From Phoronis australis (Eukaryota; Animalia; Phoronida): a stretch of DNA of 64,000 bases. The stretch is from positions 66,147 to 130,146 of the forward strand of contig NMRA01000511.1 in the NCBI GenBank assembly GCA_002633005.1. Direction: 5' to 3'. Under the pieces are notes generated by a model, which was given only the letters and a program-made list of their open reading frames with translations, was not told the origin of the DNA and made no database searches. This document shows, piece after piece, positions 63,259 through 64,000 of the stretch; the first letter of the stretch is position 1; the number at the start of each line of letters is the position of its first letter. The translations under genes and the position numbers were made by a program.

Positions 63259-63430
63259 GTCTTGAACTAGTTGGCGTGACACACCGGGCTGAGGCAGGCC
63301 TTGGAATATACTATGTTTGGAGCGCAGGACACCTGTTGGTGGCTTTAGTAGCCTACTTCATCAGGGATTGGGTTACTTTGCAACTGTCACTCCATCTGCC
63401 GATTTTGGTTTTCGTAGCTCTTTACGCCTG
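63259..63430 (+). CDS. SLC22 family, exon 4 (gene continues beyond the window)
   Basis: gttacag|GLELVGVTHRA...AYFIRDWVTLQL...; donor TG|GTTTGT. Confidence 0.9.
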
Positions 63431-64000
63431 GTTTGTAAACGTTTGTATAAATGCATGCAAAACCTCTACAGATATGACATGATCTTTCAGATTTGGATTT
63501 ATTCAAAAAGCATTGGGACTAAGGAAAATATTATATTGGTTAAATATCTCGTTCAAATTAACTATTTATGCAAGTTTCAGTAACGCGGTTGAGCCCTACG
63601 TCATCAGTTTTCGACCGGTATTAGGTAACCAATTCATCAATTGCAGCGGCACTCCCTGCTGTAAGTGGAAAGTTGGGCATGGATAACGCTTTAAACTGTG
63701 ATTTCGACAGTAACCAGCTGTACCTCCGCGCGAACTTTTGTCAATTTTGTCAAGAGTTTGGAATAGAGTTAATACAGCAAGTTAGTATTCACATTTTCAT
63801 ACAATTACTCTATTACGCAAATGATAGTCTTTAAGTTGAAGCTGGACATTTTGAATTGCTCTTTGAGAGTTACAGGAAGATGAGAACACGTCTATTACGT
63901 AGAAAACCTTATCATTTTGAGCAATATTCAATTCACGATAACCACAAGAGAAACTTATCTGTACTGCTAAATATTGAAAATTGATAAAAATGTTCATTAC

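Overview
Eukaryotic (metazoan, probably a marine invertebrate; inference from gene and repeat content) intron-rich DNA with four single-N contig joins (10721, 17404, 23892, 41985). Most of the supplied ORFs are noise. Reading splice sites and exon phases by eye gives three gene-level units. (1) 0.9-24.9 kb, minus strand: one transcription-factor gene with a non-coding first exon and three constant coding exons (short N-terminal domain that is not BTB, S/T/A/P-rich linker, 92-nt joining exon). These end in a phase-1 donor facing a tandem array of 11 phase-1 terminal cassettes (9 distinct if a duplication at an N is an assembly artefact). Each cassette encodes a different pair or trio of C2H2/C2HC zinc fingers. 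This is a lola/broad/fruitless-style variable-DNA-binding-domain locus without a BTB domain, and five cassettes are absent from the ORF track. (2) 34-48 kb, minus strand: exons for EGF-like, FN3, mucin-like and transmembrane segments of one or two cell-surface proteins. (3) 53.3 kb to the end, plus strand: the first four exons of an SLC22 (organic cation transporter-like) gene. Between them are decayed mobile elements (L1/Tx1-like 3' end, Penelope GIY-YIG fragment, THAP remnant, TIR and foldback elements, a tRNA-derived sequence) and minisatellites.
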